A DNA stretch of 64,000 nucleotides from Tubulanus polymorphus (Eukaryota; Animalia; Nemertea): NCBI RefSeq assembly GCF_964204645.1, contig NC_134026.1:4735950-4799949 (forward strand), in the 5' to 3' direction. Below, one piece after another: positions 32,155 to 45,555 of the stretch. The notes beneath the pieces were generated by a model. That model was given only the letters and a program-made list of their open reading frames with translations, was not told the origin of the DNA and ran no database searches. Both the position numbers and the translations under genes were made by a program. Numbering within the stretch: position 1 is the stretch's first letter; every line of letters starts with the position of its first letter.

Positions 32155-33649
32155 TTATCATTCTGGCTAATTACTCCACATCTCATAGAGTACTAGATTA
32201 CTTGAAGCCGTATTGAATCCACTGGAATAAAACTCCGTTACCGATGAAATCCTTTTGGCGTGGACAATCCAGATTATACGTAAAGGCCTGCATTTAGTAT
32301 TTTTTTGCGCTTCGCAAATGTTCGTAGTTCTTACGCTTTAACTAGAACAGTACTGACAGTAACGGCTTAGACGAATTCAGCGCATTTTCCTATTTGTATA
32401 TGGAGGGATGCATTTAGCTGATTGTCTGTGACCGGATGATATTAATGTCTCCTGCATCGTAAATGCGACTGTTCGAAAAGAGGCGATGACGGAATAGAAC
32501 GAGATGCATATCGTGCAAATGGAAGAAAAACCGTCGTCTTGTGCCAGCATTACGTAACTCGGAATTGATTCCGAGATGAAATAATCGCGCTGACTGTCTT
32601 CGGTTTGCTGATAAATCTGGTTGAGTAACCACGTTAAAGCGTTCGATTTGGTGTATAGTATACTTAAATGGATAGCGTACATGACAATGACTGTAATTTA
32701 TTAACTAATGAAAACCGCCTCCTTTTTCTGTTGAAAATATCGAGAGAAATGATTACAAAATCTTCGTAGTCGATGGACATTCGTCGAAGGTTCATCTTCA
32801 GTATAAAATCGAAGAATAGAACATGTTTCGGTGAAATCAGGCGTGCTCGTGACATTGACAGGGTCCCATAAAAATACAAATATAGCCTAATCGAGGGCTG
32901 TCTTTTTTCCCAGTATAATGGTATATACATGTATATATAAGTAGGGGTTTTCTTCTCCTTTCGTATATTCATGTACATGAATAATTTTTGTGCAAGGAGT
33001 TGCTCTCAGAATATCCGAACTATGATGCACAATCGTCGAGACTATATGGCGAGGAGGTCACGACGTACGATCCTCGAGCCCGTTTGTTTTTTGCACGAAG
33101 TGACCGGTTGCATCGATGATGGTGATGCCGTGTGTTCAACGATGTCGCTTATCGCGAACTCGATGCGGTTACGATCTCTACTGTGCATTCTGCGCCTTTC
33201 CACTGCTGCTGCTAATGCTGCCGCTGCTGCGTCGAATTCACGTGTTCATGATGGCGACGAGGACAGTGTTTATACTTGCGCGTCTTCGCCTTATCAATGC
33301 AGCCGACTGTGTAATGAAATTTGCAACGAATTCACTCACCCGTGTTCACGGGGCCTTATCTGATCTAGTCGTCCGATCTCACCATACGCCCGTTACATAA
33401 ATAGGCAATGATAAAACGGGCGGTTGGTTTGTGTATATCGTGATAATGAATGAACAACGGAGAGCGGTAACGAAACATGAAATTCGAGTTTCGTATTTTC
33501 ATCTCTCGTATTTTCAATTCTATCATATTGGTTATCATTTCAGTCAATTTGACATACGATTCACTCCCAGACTTCTAGATTTCCCGATTTGAACCGTGAA
33601 TCGGTGCACCGAGATTCCATCGCTGTCCGAGATATAGAGATCCGACCTG

Positions 33650-33785
33650 GACCCGCTTTCACAAAAAGATTAATTGAATTCGTCAAATCGATCTAACTTT
33701 TTCTAGTTGAATTTCAAACCAGTTTAACTATAGAGTTTAAATCTTAAATCGATTATGGATTTAAACTTTATTGTGAAACCTGGTC
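33650..33785. mobile_element. degenerate MITE
   Basis: GACCCGCTTTCACAAAAAG versus CTTTATTGTGAAACCTGGTC form an imperfect TIR. Confidence 0.45.
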
Positions 33786-34860
33786 AAGCCTGGACCAGGG
33801 ACTGTATTCTAAATCTTTTATCGCGTGTATCTGTTCTACATCACGTATTAATAAAATTTTTCATAATAAAAATCATTGACTTTCGTCAGGTTTTTTTTAG
33901 TAAGAATGCTCGCGTGCACTTCTGACAGGTATCTGTAGTGACGTGTATCCATTAGCTTGGATGCAATGAGAATTACACTAAATCTAATTGAGTGTGTACA
34001 TCACCGCGCGCATGTGGGTTGTCATTATCTACAGTGGGTGTAATCAGGATATGCCGCGCAAATCCGGATTAAACGCTGAAATTAAGAAGTGACATTCTCA
34101 GATTTGAATTCACCACGGCGACTGTCTAACGCAGATTTGAATTTGCATTACACAGATATCTCGTTGATGAAGAAGGGGTGCAGAGACATTTTTATCGTGA
34201 ATATCTGTCGACAGGCTGATATGCATTTTAATGGCTCTTCTACCACCTGCTCGGTGGATTCCGAGCTGAAATCATATTCAATTTTAGAAAATCTAGTCCA
34301 ATTTCTATTCACAGCTATGGCTCGTTATAATTTTAATACGAAATTCTAATTTCAAACTGAAACATCTAATATAAATCTACTTTTTGCCATCATTTATATT
34401 TCGAGTATGCCTGCAAGGAGTCATTGTCGTGAAATCGAAGGATACCGTTGATAATGTGAAACGAATCGACTCGTATTACCATAAGTATCTATAATACCAT
34501 TTTTACCTAATTGATAATTCTAGAAAATGCTGGAATGATTTTGTTCAATTTCTATTTTCTTGCGATGGCTTGATGCATGTATTCAATAGAAAAAATAAGC
34601 TACCCGTTGACTTGTGACTAATGACGTAAATGTCAGCATTGAAGAAATTCATGAAACATGATACATTGTCTGTCATCTGGCTTTTAACATGATTGCGCTG
34701 TGGACTGTGTCTTTGGAAAGTTGATATCAGAGAGCTGACATCGAGCTATCTTCGATATATTTTTGATCTGCTCTTTTCTCGTTTCATCCACGCCGCAGCG
34801 ATCTATTCACTGGCTGAAATAGCTGTGATTCGTTGCGCCTAGATCGACAACAAATTGCTG

Positions 34861-34863
<3 letters not shown>

Positions 34864-34941
<78 letters not shown>

Positions 34942-35020
34942 GTACGTACGTATATATATATACGTACGTACGTACGTACGTACGTACGTACGTACGTACG
35001 TACGTACGTACATACATACA

Positions 35021-35052
<32 letters not shown>
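34864..35052. repeat. compound microsatellite (TA)n-(TACG)n-(TACA)n
   Basis: Direct reading. It explains the YIYI/VRTY ORFs. Confidence 0.97.
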
Positions 35053-35053
<1 letters not shown>

Positions 35054-35255
35054 TCGTATTCCTTGCTAATCAGTTTCGTATATCTCTTAAATCTAAGTCG
35101 TCCGATGTTCGTTCGTGGACTGTGGACGACCGCTATCCCGATCGCAGACGGTTTAGGATTTCGAAACAATTCTTCGGTTCATTGGTACGTTACCTACTTA
35201 ACATGTGTATATATGTTTAGATATACATATACATACACTCCACACTTTTCTTGTT

Positions 35256-35407
35256 CAGGGCCGTATTTAGGAGGAGGGGGGACTTGCATCCCAGAAATTT
35301 TGGAAAAGTGCCCTTTTTGCAAATATTATTGTTATATCCAGTACAACTGCCCTTTTTCGGATATTTCTGACCCCCTTCCCCTAACTCAAATGCTTGGTAC
35401 GGCCCTG
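35256..35407. mobile_element. hAT-like MITE
   Basis: TIR CAGGGCCGTA / TACGGCCCTG. TSD not preserved. Confidence 0.6.
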
Positions 35408-37304
35408 ATATCTGGTATTGTAGCGTAGCCAAATGAGAACCATTTAATGCCGTTTGACACGAGATATACATTTCGTTTGTCATTATTTTCTAGCGCACGT
35501 TTCGCTGGTGGTGCATGATTAATATAGATTTTCTGAATACAACAAGATGCGAGTGCTGGGAAATTGTGTGACGAATTGTATCCATTTTGATCGATTGTTG
35601 TCCCAGGGTTTGAAAAATAAGCCTTTTTTATTGTGCACCGCGCTAAAACCGTGATTTATCCATCAAGTAGGCTGTCTATGAGATAGGTATATAGCGAGAT
35701 CATCCATTGCCGCGTGTGACGGTTGGCCCTGAAATGACAAGATATTTAGGGTGTTCAGCTTCCGTATTTGAATTTCGAGAACCGTTCATATTTTGGATAA
35801 AAGATGTTCCACTTATGCGATTGAACACGTGACACTCTTGCTGATGAGTTGTCGAATCTGAATTCATTTTAAAATCTGAATTTTTATTCCGTAGTAAATT
35901 TTGTTTATAGTTGAAATTATTCCTGAGTGTGTGTCTCTCTCCCTCTCTCGCTCTGACTACCGTCGAATCCTCGGCATTTTAAGCTGTCGTCATAAATTGC
36001 CGCGACGTCTGACAAGCACGAGATTAAACGACTTAGCAATTATTGATGACTGCCGTTATTTAGGATTAAAACTCGTCTCTGGGAATTTACCGCGAAATCA
36101 TTTGTTACGAACAGAGAATTGAATGCGTATCGCCCGGGACGAATCGGGGACAAAAATGAAATACCTACCCATTCCACGGTCTACGCTAATACCCAATGCT
36201 AACCTCGGTAGAGCTATGCGCGTGATCTAATCTTTTAATCCTAAGAGCTGCGGATTCTTTGTCGTATTCGGTATATTGAATTACAGTCAACAGTTTTTTT
36301 TTCTGAGAACGGAACATTTGTATCTTGTCTCGGAACTAGTCAAGATAAACCCTCGATATACCAGGTAACTAGTAGGTGACTAACGGAATGTAGGATATTT
36401 ACCGGGGGATTATTACTTGTCACAACACCACTATACTCTCCGATAACGCCACAATCCTGTATCGCCGATGTGGATGGTATTTTATCCATGGTTTGACTAG
36501 TTTTAACAATTTCCATATACTTAGATCTCCTTATAAACAAACTCACTTGCAAAGGGTAAGAAAATAATTTGTGATCAAATTCATGTTTATCGTGTTCAAA
36601 TACGATGTTTAAAACATTGTCTTTCTAGACATTGTCTACATTTACGTCTAGCAGCATCAGCGGGTCATCATTCTGATGTATACGTCATCCAACATTTATG
36701 GTAATTCGGACCTTATCTTCACAGCCAGGCTTACCGTAGTTATGAATATAAACTAAGGGATAGACATATTTCTTAGGATCCAATCGTAATATCAAGACGG
36801 ATTACTTTCCTACCGTCATGCTCAACAGTCTGACACAACATTCTTAGCTGTGAATCTTATGAAATATTAATCGAAATTTCTCGATTCTGCGACGCACGCA
36901 TTTGAGATTTGGACCTCAGTTTTTCCGGATGCAGTCCCAGTTCCACATCGTGATGTAGTCGGTAATCTTGCGGTGGTGCGCCGAACTGTATCTAGGATTT
37001 CAGGTTTGTATGCAACAGGTGGTCAAATGAATTACCATACGATTATTTAATTACGATATTTGTTATCTAATTATCTCGAATGGAATGAGACCGAATCCCA
37101 TGGCGATACATAGCTTTGCTATTGCAGTTTATTGACCATCAGAGATAGGCGGACGCGTGGAGAAAGGGATGGATGACAAATAATGATAGCGGGTGAAGGT
37201 CTACATTATTTTCAAACGCTGGTTTTCAGTCAAAAGGTATAAAATACATAATGCGCTGATATTGAACAGTTTCATACGTAAGTAAAACTTCATTGAAACA
37301 ACCA

Positions 37305-37442
37305 CAGGGCCGTATCTTGCATTTGAATTCTAGGGGACAGAGGAACCCGAAAAAATGACGCTTCTAGGGTATAATAATGATATTTTGAAAAATGGAACTT
37401 TTCAAAAGATTCTATGGGGGACAATTGCTATATACGGCCCTG
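37305..37442. mobile_element. hAT-like MITE (same TIR as 35256-35407)
   Basis: CAGGGCCGTAT / ATACGGCCCTG. Confidence 0.6.
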
Positions 37443-40400
37443 AAAAAGTTCGCATAGACACAAAACGTTTGCCCAAATTTGAGTTGTATTTTCACTTGGA
37501 AAGGTTACCCCAAGGAAGAAGATGAGCGTTGAATAACTGCATTTCTACCTGATTCAGATGTCATTTCTGTCGGTAGCCAATAGGGAATTTCAGACATGAA
37601 CTCATCATTTAATCATACACTTATTACGTAAGTCATATCAGATTTCCAGTGCATCTTTACCTTTTGAAGCGTATCAATTCTGTGGATCCGAAAGCGGCTT
37701 GTGTCGGCTATCGGTATTTCTGGTTGTCGTGCTGGATATGCCTCAATATAATGTCTAATGTGTAGCTACAAGGTCTGATAGATTGTCACTAATGTGCATC
37801 TTTTGTTTTCTATTCTCTGTTGCTTGGTCACGTTCTTTTTGAGCGGCATTATTTTCCAATATTATGTTGTGTCTTCATGATTGTCTCTGTTGTCATGTTG
37901 TAGAAAGTAAATGCAAAATAACCATGTTTGTCCATCCACAGGATCCACCAAAAAGTCGCTATACACGGACTTGTTTCAAGATAGTTGTTGGCTCCTAACC
38001 TGAATTACGAGGCTCTTGTACTTATACTTAAGCTGATGAATATTGTAGTACCTACTCCATTAATCAATTTAAATTGGTCATGCTCGTTTCAAACGAGTTT
38101 ACACAATCGAAGACGTTCTTCTCGTTTTACATATATTCATCATCATTATACCTTTTAGTCAATCTGTTAATCACAGCTGAAGCTCTGTTAGACGCTTTTC
38201 GCATTTTTAAGAATACCTACCGTAGTTGTTTTCGTTGTCATCCTGGGCTTGAATAATAAACCGCGTTTACTTCTTTGTGTTATGATCCAAATGGCTCTTA
38301 AACAACACTTTGCTGTTCTTATTCATTGTTTGCGAGCTATCGGAAAAAAGTGGTACATTTTCATAACCATCGTATGGCCGTCGTTTGACTACGACATGCC
38401 ATCGATCCAGACCAACTAACAGCCAATAAACAACAGCAACGAGACTAGCCATATGCGGGGAGCATTTCTTACCCTTGTAACTTCCAACTCTTAGTCACCA
38501 ACCTGAACAGATGTTAAGATTTGTTCATTTTATTCAAGTAAGATCGTTGTATTCTAGTTGAACCGAAGTCCGTCATTAGCTCACTCGCACCGCGCTTAAT
38601 GTATTTGCAGTATTTGCCGATTGTTCGAGCTTATAGTTTTCCGGCATTAATTCTATGAGAAATGCCCTTCGGGGTTTTCGCGTGCTTCGCCACTAAATGT
38701 TACTGATATGAACCGAGGGCAGCGGTTCACAAACTGTCTCAACTTCATTAGCGGTTCGTATTGATTTTATTAATATCTCGCCGGAGCTAGACAAAATTCT
38801 ACGTTATTAAGAATATATTTGATGTGCCCACTTACATACATTGATTATTTGCGGGGCTGTGCCGCGATAACAATTACGAATTTCGTCTATAATTTTCGTA
38901 CACGGCCGACATATCTCTGCATCCGAGACCACACTGTATACGACCTTCACGAGGTTCTCGTCCTGCGCGCGCCGATTCAACAAGTTCAACGCGCGCGCAT
39001 AAACAACCTTCGAATGAACTTGCTATCCCATCAGATACTCGCGTGCTTTATGGTGTCAATCGCGGCTTATTAAGGAAGTGATAAAACGTCAATTTGTCAT
39101 GTAAATATCTCCCGACACAATCGCACAAATCAAGTTGTTTTATTTATTGCTTCGAGGACTTGCTTTTTCCTTCGTCGATAATCTGTATCCCCATGAATGA
39201 TTAATGTAACAAAGATTTCGCTGATTTTCTAACATAGATCATCTTGTTTTTCTTCTATGATGCTCTCTCGTCGACGGACTCGAAATACGAAAGTCTTCAT
39301 CAATTAGACGATTTTGCTTTCGATATTATTCGTTCACGGCTGTCACTTTGCGGCGAAGCTTCGACCTAGATTCCAGCTCCTTTGAAATGTTGAAATCCTA
39401 TTCCGTGCGGAACGACTTAAATGGACCTCGTGGATTTGATTCTGTCGTTTGTTGCATGCAGTCTCCATTTCAGCGAACATCGCCGGGCAACAATGTGGCT
39501 AATTGCGGCAGTTATCCGTAGGGATGTTAATAGACGGTTGGAAAGGAGTTGAATGCAAATGGTTAGATTAACAGTAAACAGTATTCCGGTACATGGACAT
39601 TTATTTCGTGGCCAGTCATCACCTCTCCATTTGCTATATGTAGCATGTTCTATATCATTTATATATATACGAATGTGCACTTTATGCCGAAAATATACAT
39701 AAATTCCCTTGTAATATTGATTAGACCCATATGATAAGAAATGCCACCAATCCCTGAAAATGTTTCGTGATGTATCTGTATCTGTATCGTAAAACTGTAT
39801 CTTCTGTTCCTAATAACAGTGGATAAGTCGACGTTGACAACTTTCCCATTGACATCTATGAAAAACGTCTCAAACATCTGCAAGGTTGTTGTTATGTTCC
39901 TCGGTCGGTCTTGGCTGAATTTCTGCCAAGACACGCCGTCATTTCCTGCAGGATTAATGATAACAAATATTTCAACATTGGTTTTTGTTTTCTCTTTACA
40001 ACCTATAGACACTGTGGATCTTTGAAATGGCTTACAGGTACCGTATATTATAGCATACTTTCTTCTTTGATGATTTCACAACCAAGTCATTTATTAAAGG
40101 TAAAAACGCGAGGAATCGATGATATATTTATATCTATATAAGTAGTGCGATGGGGACATCATACTACTTTATGTATATATCTTGAAGCGGCTTACGAAGA
40201 ATAGAAATGGTGCGTTGTGCTTTACATGTAGTTGATCAAACGGCGCCACTTAATTCCGAGGCGCCCGAGACACCTTTGAAGACATTATTCAGTTTCAATC
40301 GTCGGATGATCTTTGTTCACAGTCGCCAAACAAACAACAGCGAGATTGGAAGTCGATAAATAATTCATACTGAACCCTACCTGGATACATGCCGCATTTT

Positions 40401-40761
40401 GATTACCGCCCTGTGCGCTGTTTTACTAAACAGGTTGATCGGTCGGGGATTTCGAAGGAATCGCGTCACGTTTTGTTATGACGTTTTTTGAACTTCGCGA
40501 TTCGATTTCGCTGTGGACCGGGAACAAAGTATAGTCGTTTTTTTTTTGTTGTAAATACGAAATAAACAGAGAATAAAGGGAAATACATTAGGGAACGTCT
40601 ATCCTCTTAGAAGCTGATCGAGACTTCGCCCAAATGACTCAAAAGAGAATAGGCAATTGTTTCCACCGTATCAGTAAAATTTGTTCCGGGTGGAAATTGC
40701 TAAGATATAATGTATGACCGAATTATCACGATTGATAGAACACTATATCCGTGTTGACGCG

Positions 40762-40972
40762 ATGTAGAGAGAATCCCACAATTATAACGAAAAAGTCCGA
40801 AAATGAAACTTCGAGATAGTAGTTTATTTCAACGTTTCGACTATATCCTATTAGTCATCTTCAGGAATAATGAAGATGACTATTAGGATATAGTCGAAAC
40901 GTTGAAATAAACTACTATCTCGAAGTTTCATTTTCGGACTTTTTCGTTATAATTGTGGGATTCTCTCTACAT
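40762..40972. repeat. 211-bp palindrome (102-bp arms, 7-nt loop), Penelope-like inverted pseudo-LTR remnant
   Basis: 40762-40863 is the reverse complement of 40871-40972 with one mismatch. It contains the TGAAGATGAC..GTCGAAACGT..AATAAA signature. Confidence 0.9.
40826..40868 (-). ncRNA. minimal type I hammerhead ribozyme motif
   Basis: Minus strand: AUUC-CUGAAGA-U-GACUA(AUAGGAUA)UAGUC-GAAA-CG-UU^GAAAU. It has the conserved CUGANGA and GAAA boxes, helix II, a palindromic ACGU helix III and a short UUC/GAA helix I. Confidence 0.6.
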
Positions 40973-43900
40973 GACTGAATTATATATAGTACTATGATGT
41001 ACAGATGTTATTGTCCAATAAACTACTTTATACATAAAAATGGCAAAGGAACATCCACGAGAAATTCCACGATGTGTTAATTTTAGTCAAAATTGAGTTG
41101 ATTTAAAATACGTAGAGGAGCAGAACGATAAAAGAAGACTGTGTCAAAAAATCTGTAAATAAAATGAAAAGTTTTTCCAGACATGGAACAAGTGTGATGT
41201 AGGTAGACAGGAGGAAAAGACGAAAGATGAAGACGGCCATGTCGCGTCGTCGATCAACAATGACGACTTCGTCTAGTCTGGAGTTCTATTCAGTCGGGCA
41301 ACGATGTAAATCTGTGGCGTTATAATGAATTATAGATGTATCTTTGCATCATTTCGTGGCAACTTCATATCTATATAAATATGTGATATGTATATATATG
41401 CCGTATATATGAAACGACCTCATCTGATATACTGCCTTCGAATCAATACACCCTAGTAACTGGAAATACAGTGTAACGCATAATGCAGCAGCGGCGGCGC
41501 GGACTGTCGCAGCCTCATTTCTCTCAGTATCTTCCTGTAGCTAAGATACAGCAATTGATGCGGTAGTCGGATTTACGGCCGAACGTCGTTATAGTCGTCA
41601 TCGTTCTTTATCGCTTTTATGAATAAACTCTGATGGTTTGCCCGTCGCCAGAGTGAACGTGGATTAAGGCAGTTTATATAAGTGGGATAATATATCGTTT
41701 GAAAGAATATTTAGGTAAGAACCAAAAGCATAGATTCTGTAATTGTGGGGCTGGTTGTGTATGGACATTTTCCGAAGTAGAATTATCTTGTTTCGCGGTG
41801 TCTAAAGATAAAGGCAAACGGGATCAGATCAGGAAATTATCATTTTATCGATAATTTCGATGAATATCTCGAGTGCAGATGATCAAAATCATCGATAACG
41901 TTTATCTTCGGATGGTACGTGATGTATGTTGTTGATAATTGATGAAAAGAAAAATTCAAAATTCATTTCGACTTTCATATTTCGGTAATAAATAGCCGTG
42001 CGCTATTCGTAAACAACAGCCATTTCTGTCGAGGGTTGGTTCGGCAAGACCCAACAAATGCACAATTCAAAAATTCATTTCATTACCTGCATACCAGCAT
42101 AAACGAAGTTCGCCCCGAGGGTGTTTGCATCTATCAAAAGGAATTGATACTATTCAATGATCGCGCGGTTTCAGATTTCTTTAATGTTGATACAGAGGTT
42201 GTTCGCTTCATGAGACTGCGATGGAGATTTGGATTTGATTCGATTCGATTTTTCTCTCGTGTTTGTTTATTTCAAACAGAATATTGTGTCAAATCCAACG
42301 CGCTTTGCGTTCACGCTCGTTAGCGGCCATCTTGAAATACGAAAATGCGCATTTGGGCAAATATAGGAAAGTGGTGCGATTATTACTACTTACAGTTTCA
42401 TCTACAGATTTCAATGAAAATTAGTTGGAATTTCGATATGAAAGATGAAGTAAATAGCCAAAAATCATACAAAAATGCAAATGCGATTTGAACGAACTTA
42501 CGATGTGACAGCCTTGGTATTGGCAACTTACAGTTTTACCTACACTAACACTTCTGAACCGTATTCATTTGTTTAATTTCGCTATAACATTAAGATTGTG
42601 TTATTCACTTATTTAACAAAACGTGATACGTTCGGGTCAAGACTGAATATTTTATTCAGATATATATAACTCATCTACGTCGGTTTCTTTGTATATAAAC
42701 TGAATCTTTATTTGCGGAAAAAAAATACCATGTCGTACAAGGATGAATAAATGATGAATTGAATTAAATTTCGTGGCGACGTATATTACTGGTGCGCTTA
42801 TTATTGAAATATCGGGAGAAGCGGTTCAGTTTCAGCATTCTAATCTCGTGTTTTCGGTCCCTGTGGGATTCGATTACAAGTTATTATACGATGTATGCTG
42901 GCCTATCGTTATTGTGGCTTAATTCATATTCATTACGACCGCGCATAAATGAGGCGGATGTTTTTACATACAGTGTTCAATTTTTCTTGATTTCACCGGG
43001 GAATTTGATACGGCTCGATCGGTTTTCGTGTATAAATCAACTGTTATACGAAAACGACTCGCGTCGATTTCGCCGCTTCGTATCTCGAAACATTGCACCG
43101 CGGACGCGGAGGGTAGAAATCATCGAAACCAGCGATACTCCGCTTTAGTTAGGTTTACCATCGCAGCTACAGCAAATGCAAATACAGCAGCTACAAATCG
43201 GTTGAGACTTAACGTACAGGTTACGTGCGCGCACATTATTAAACCCCGTAAAAAATTAGATCTTTCCTTCGCCAAGTTCATTAGATGTATTTTGATGGCC
43301 ATCATCGGATCACAAACATTAACTTAAATTGATGAGATTATAAATGATCGATGACCGCTAATTTTTGCTTTCGTCTCGGAGTTTGGGAAGTCATTAGTGC
43401 CCGTACTTAATCAAGTGATTTTCACAATTACTTGTCGTCGTGTGAAGTGGCTGCCGACTTTCAAGCAAAACCATTTCGCATTCAAATACGGAGTCGTTAT
43501 ATAAACGAGCCGAAAACTCTGCTTTCGGCGTCAACATTTCGGTAAAACTCGAATGCCGCTGCTATGGTGCATATCATTTTCAGTTACTATTAATGGATAT
43601 CCCTTTATCGATGAGTATACACAGCTACTACAATAGATAGTTTGATTTATTGATTTGTATTCAGTTTGGTCAGGCGTTGCCGGGAAATCGCGTCAGTTAT
43701 TCATCTCCGTCTTGAAATGACTGTATACAAGTTGTACTTCACGAGTTGTTTTTTTTCCCCCACAAATCTGAAAATATAAATGACGAATTACATACATTTA
43801 TGTATTTACATATGTAATCAGGATTTTTCTGTCGGCGCGACTGAGACCAAAACAGAATGATAAATAGATTCTAGATTCGGTCTGAGTCGAGGGTTTTGAT

Positions 43901-44626
43901 ACATCGGCATAAGAGAATGAGGCCGTGCGTGGGAATAGGGGTGGATCTTAGAAATTTAGAACATCTTGGTCCAGTAGAGAAGGAAGGACATTACTTGGAT
44001 GAAGCTGGCATGTCAAAGGCACCTAGTGGTCCCAGTCTCGGTATTTAGATATTTTTGAAGACAAACATCGATCCCAAAGATATGCAAATGCCATGAGGTT
44101 GAGTGTCAAATTTGCAGGTTTTAACCATATCTGTCTTGTCGAAAAGGGCAAGCTCAATGGAAAGGCAGGGTCCTGACCCCCGAGACCACCACACCCCCTC
44201 TTAATCTGTCCCCCTCTTAATCTGTCGTCTTTCAGGCTTACGAAATTACGGTATATGAAATGGTATTCGAAAACAACTGCGCAACAATTTAATACATCTG
44301 AACATACACATGCATATATGTATGATCTTGATGATGTTTTTCTAGTTGATAAAATGGAACAATGCACGAGGTAATTATTACTATCAAACAGAAGCCAATT
44401 ACCGGGTAGCCTGTTTTGGCAGCCAAATTGCCTGATAATAGCCGATAATCACCAGCTAGTTACATAATTTGTGTTATTCTATATTCGTAACGAATGTTTG
44501 CGATTAATTCGGACGAAAAAGATACGATCTTCATCTGAAAGCCGGGTGCATATTTCGTTATGAAGATAATTTTTGAAAATGCTCGTTTCGAAGTATACAT
44601 GAGGCCAGCGTCGCCACCACAAACAA

Positions 44627-44859
44627 GGCGAACATCGGTTATCGTAGTTAGTCACGACTAGCGGTCTGAACTAATAACCGCCACGCACTAGTTCGGTCGT
44701 AACGCATTTCATGGCGTCGACCATCTTGGAAATAGGTCCGAACTACAACGACTGCGCTCAATCCCGTGGTCGACCATTTCCGAACTATTGTTCCTACTAA
44801 CTGACATTCGGTGTCATTTAGTTCGACTAGTCGACTAACTCCGAAAACCGAAGTTCGCC
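44627..44859. mobile_element. MITE with ~40-bp imperfect TIRs
   Basis: GGCGAACATCGGTTATCGTAGTTAGTC versus GACTAACTCCGAAAACCGAAGTTCGCC. Confidence 0.7.
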
Positions 44860-45390
44860 CAACCAGGCAATATTATCCTCTTAACACGACCGGTGACGAT
44901 CCGAACTTCATTAAGAAAAAAGAAACAACCGATTCGTGAATGTCTTCGTGTCTCCAACAATGTTGACCTTGCGGATTATATCGTTCAGCGATGACTTCAC
45001 GATCGCGAGTATCGTCTGCCGCATCATCAGAGCGGGTATCGCGCGCCGGCTGAATATTAAACCGATATACCGCGGACACTGCGGAGCCGAGGCTGTCATT
45101 ATTCGGTCAATAAAGCTGATACACGATGTCGATGTCGGTCCCAGCTGGCCTATACGGTTGCCGACTGCGTTTTAAGCTAAATCGTCGTATAGATTAATTC
45201 GTTTTGACAACAAATTTGAGAAGCGATCTTCGAAGCTTCGTTCGGGTATAGCAGCGATGTTGTATTAACGCTAACTAACCCGCATCCCGTTATCCCCGGG
45301 ATTCACTCGAACTACGTCGAAGATTCCATAGAAGACAGAAGTAGCCTGATAGAATTGAGGCCCCATCTAGATCAAAGAGTTTGACATTTT

Positions 45391-45555
45391 AAGCCCAACG
45401 CACATGACGCACGGAAGCACGGGAACAAACATTATCATTTCGGAAACGTCGTTCCCCAAACCATGTCTATCGTTTCTTGTAAACGCACACGACACAGGGA
45501 AACGTTCGGAAACATGATCCTGTCTCCTGTTTTCGTGTTTCCGTGTGTAGCTTGA
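45391..45555. mobile_element. MITE related to 56259-56413
   Basis: Shared CAACGCAC..GACGCA.GGAA terminus and an inverted internal CGCACACGACACAGGGAAAC. Confidence 0.55.

Noticed and set aside
34784-35220. YIYI/VRTY ORFs, and SLSL ORFs at 7688-7899
   Set aside because: Microsatellite translations.
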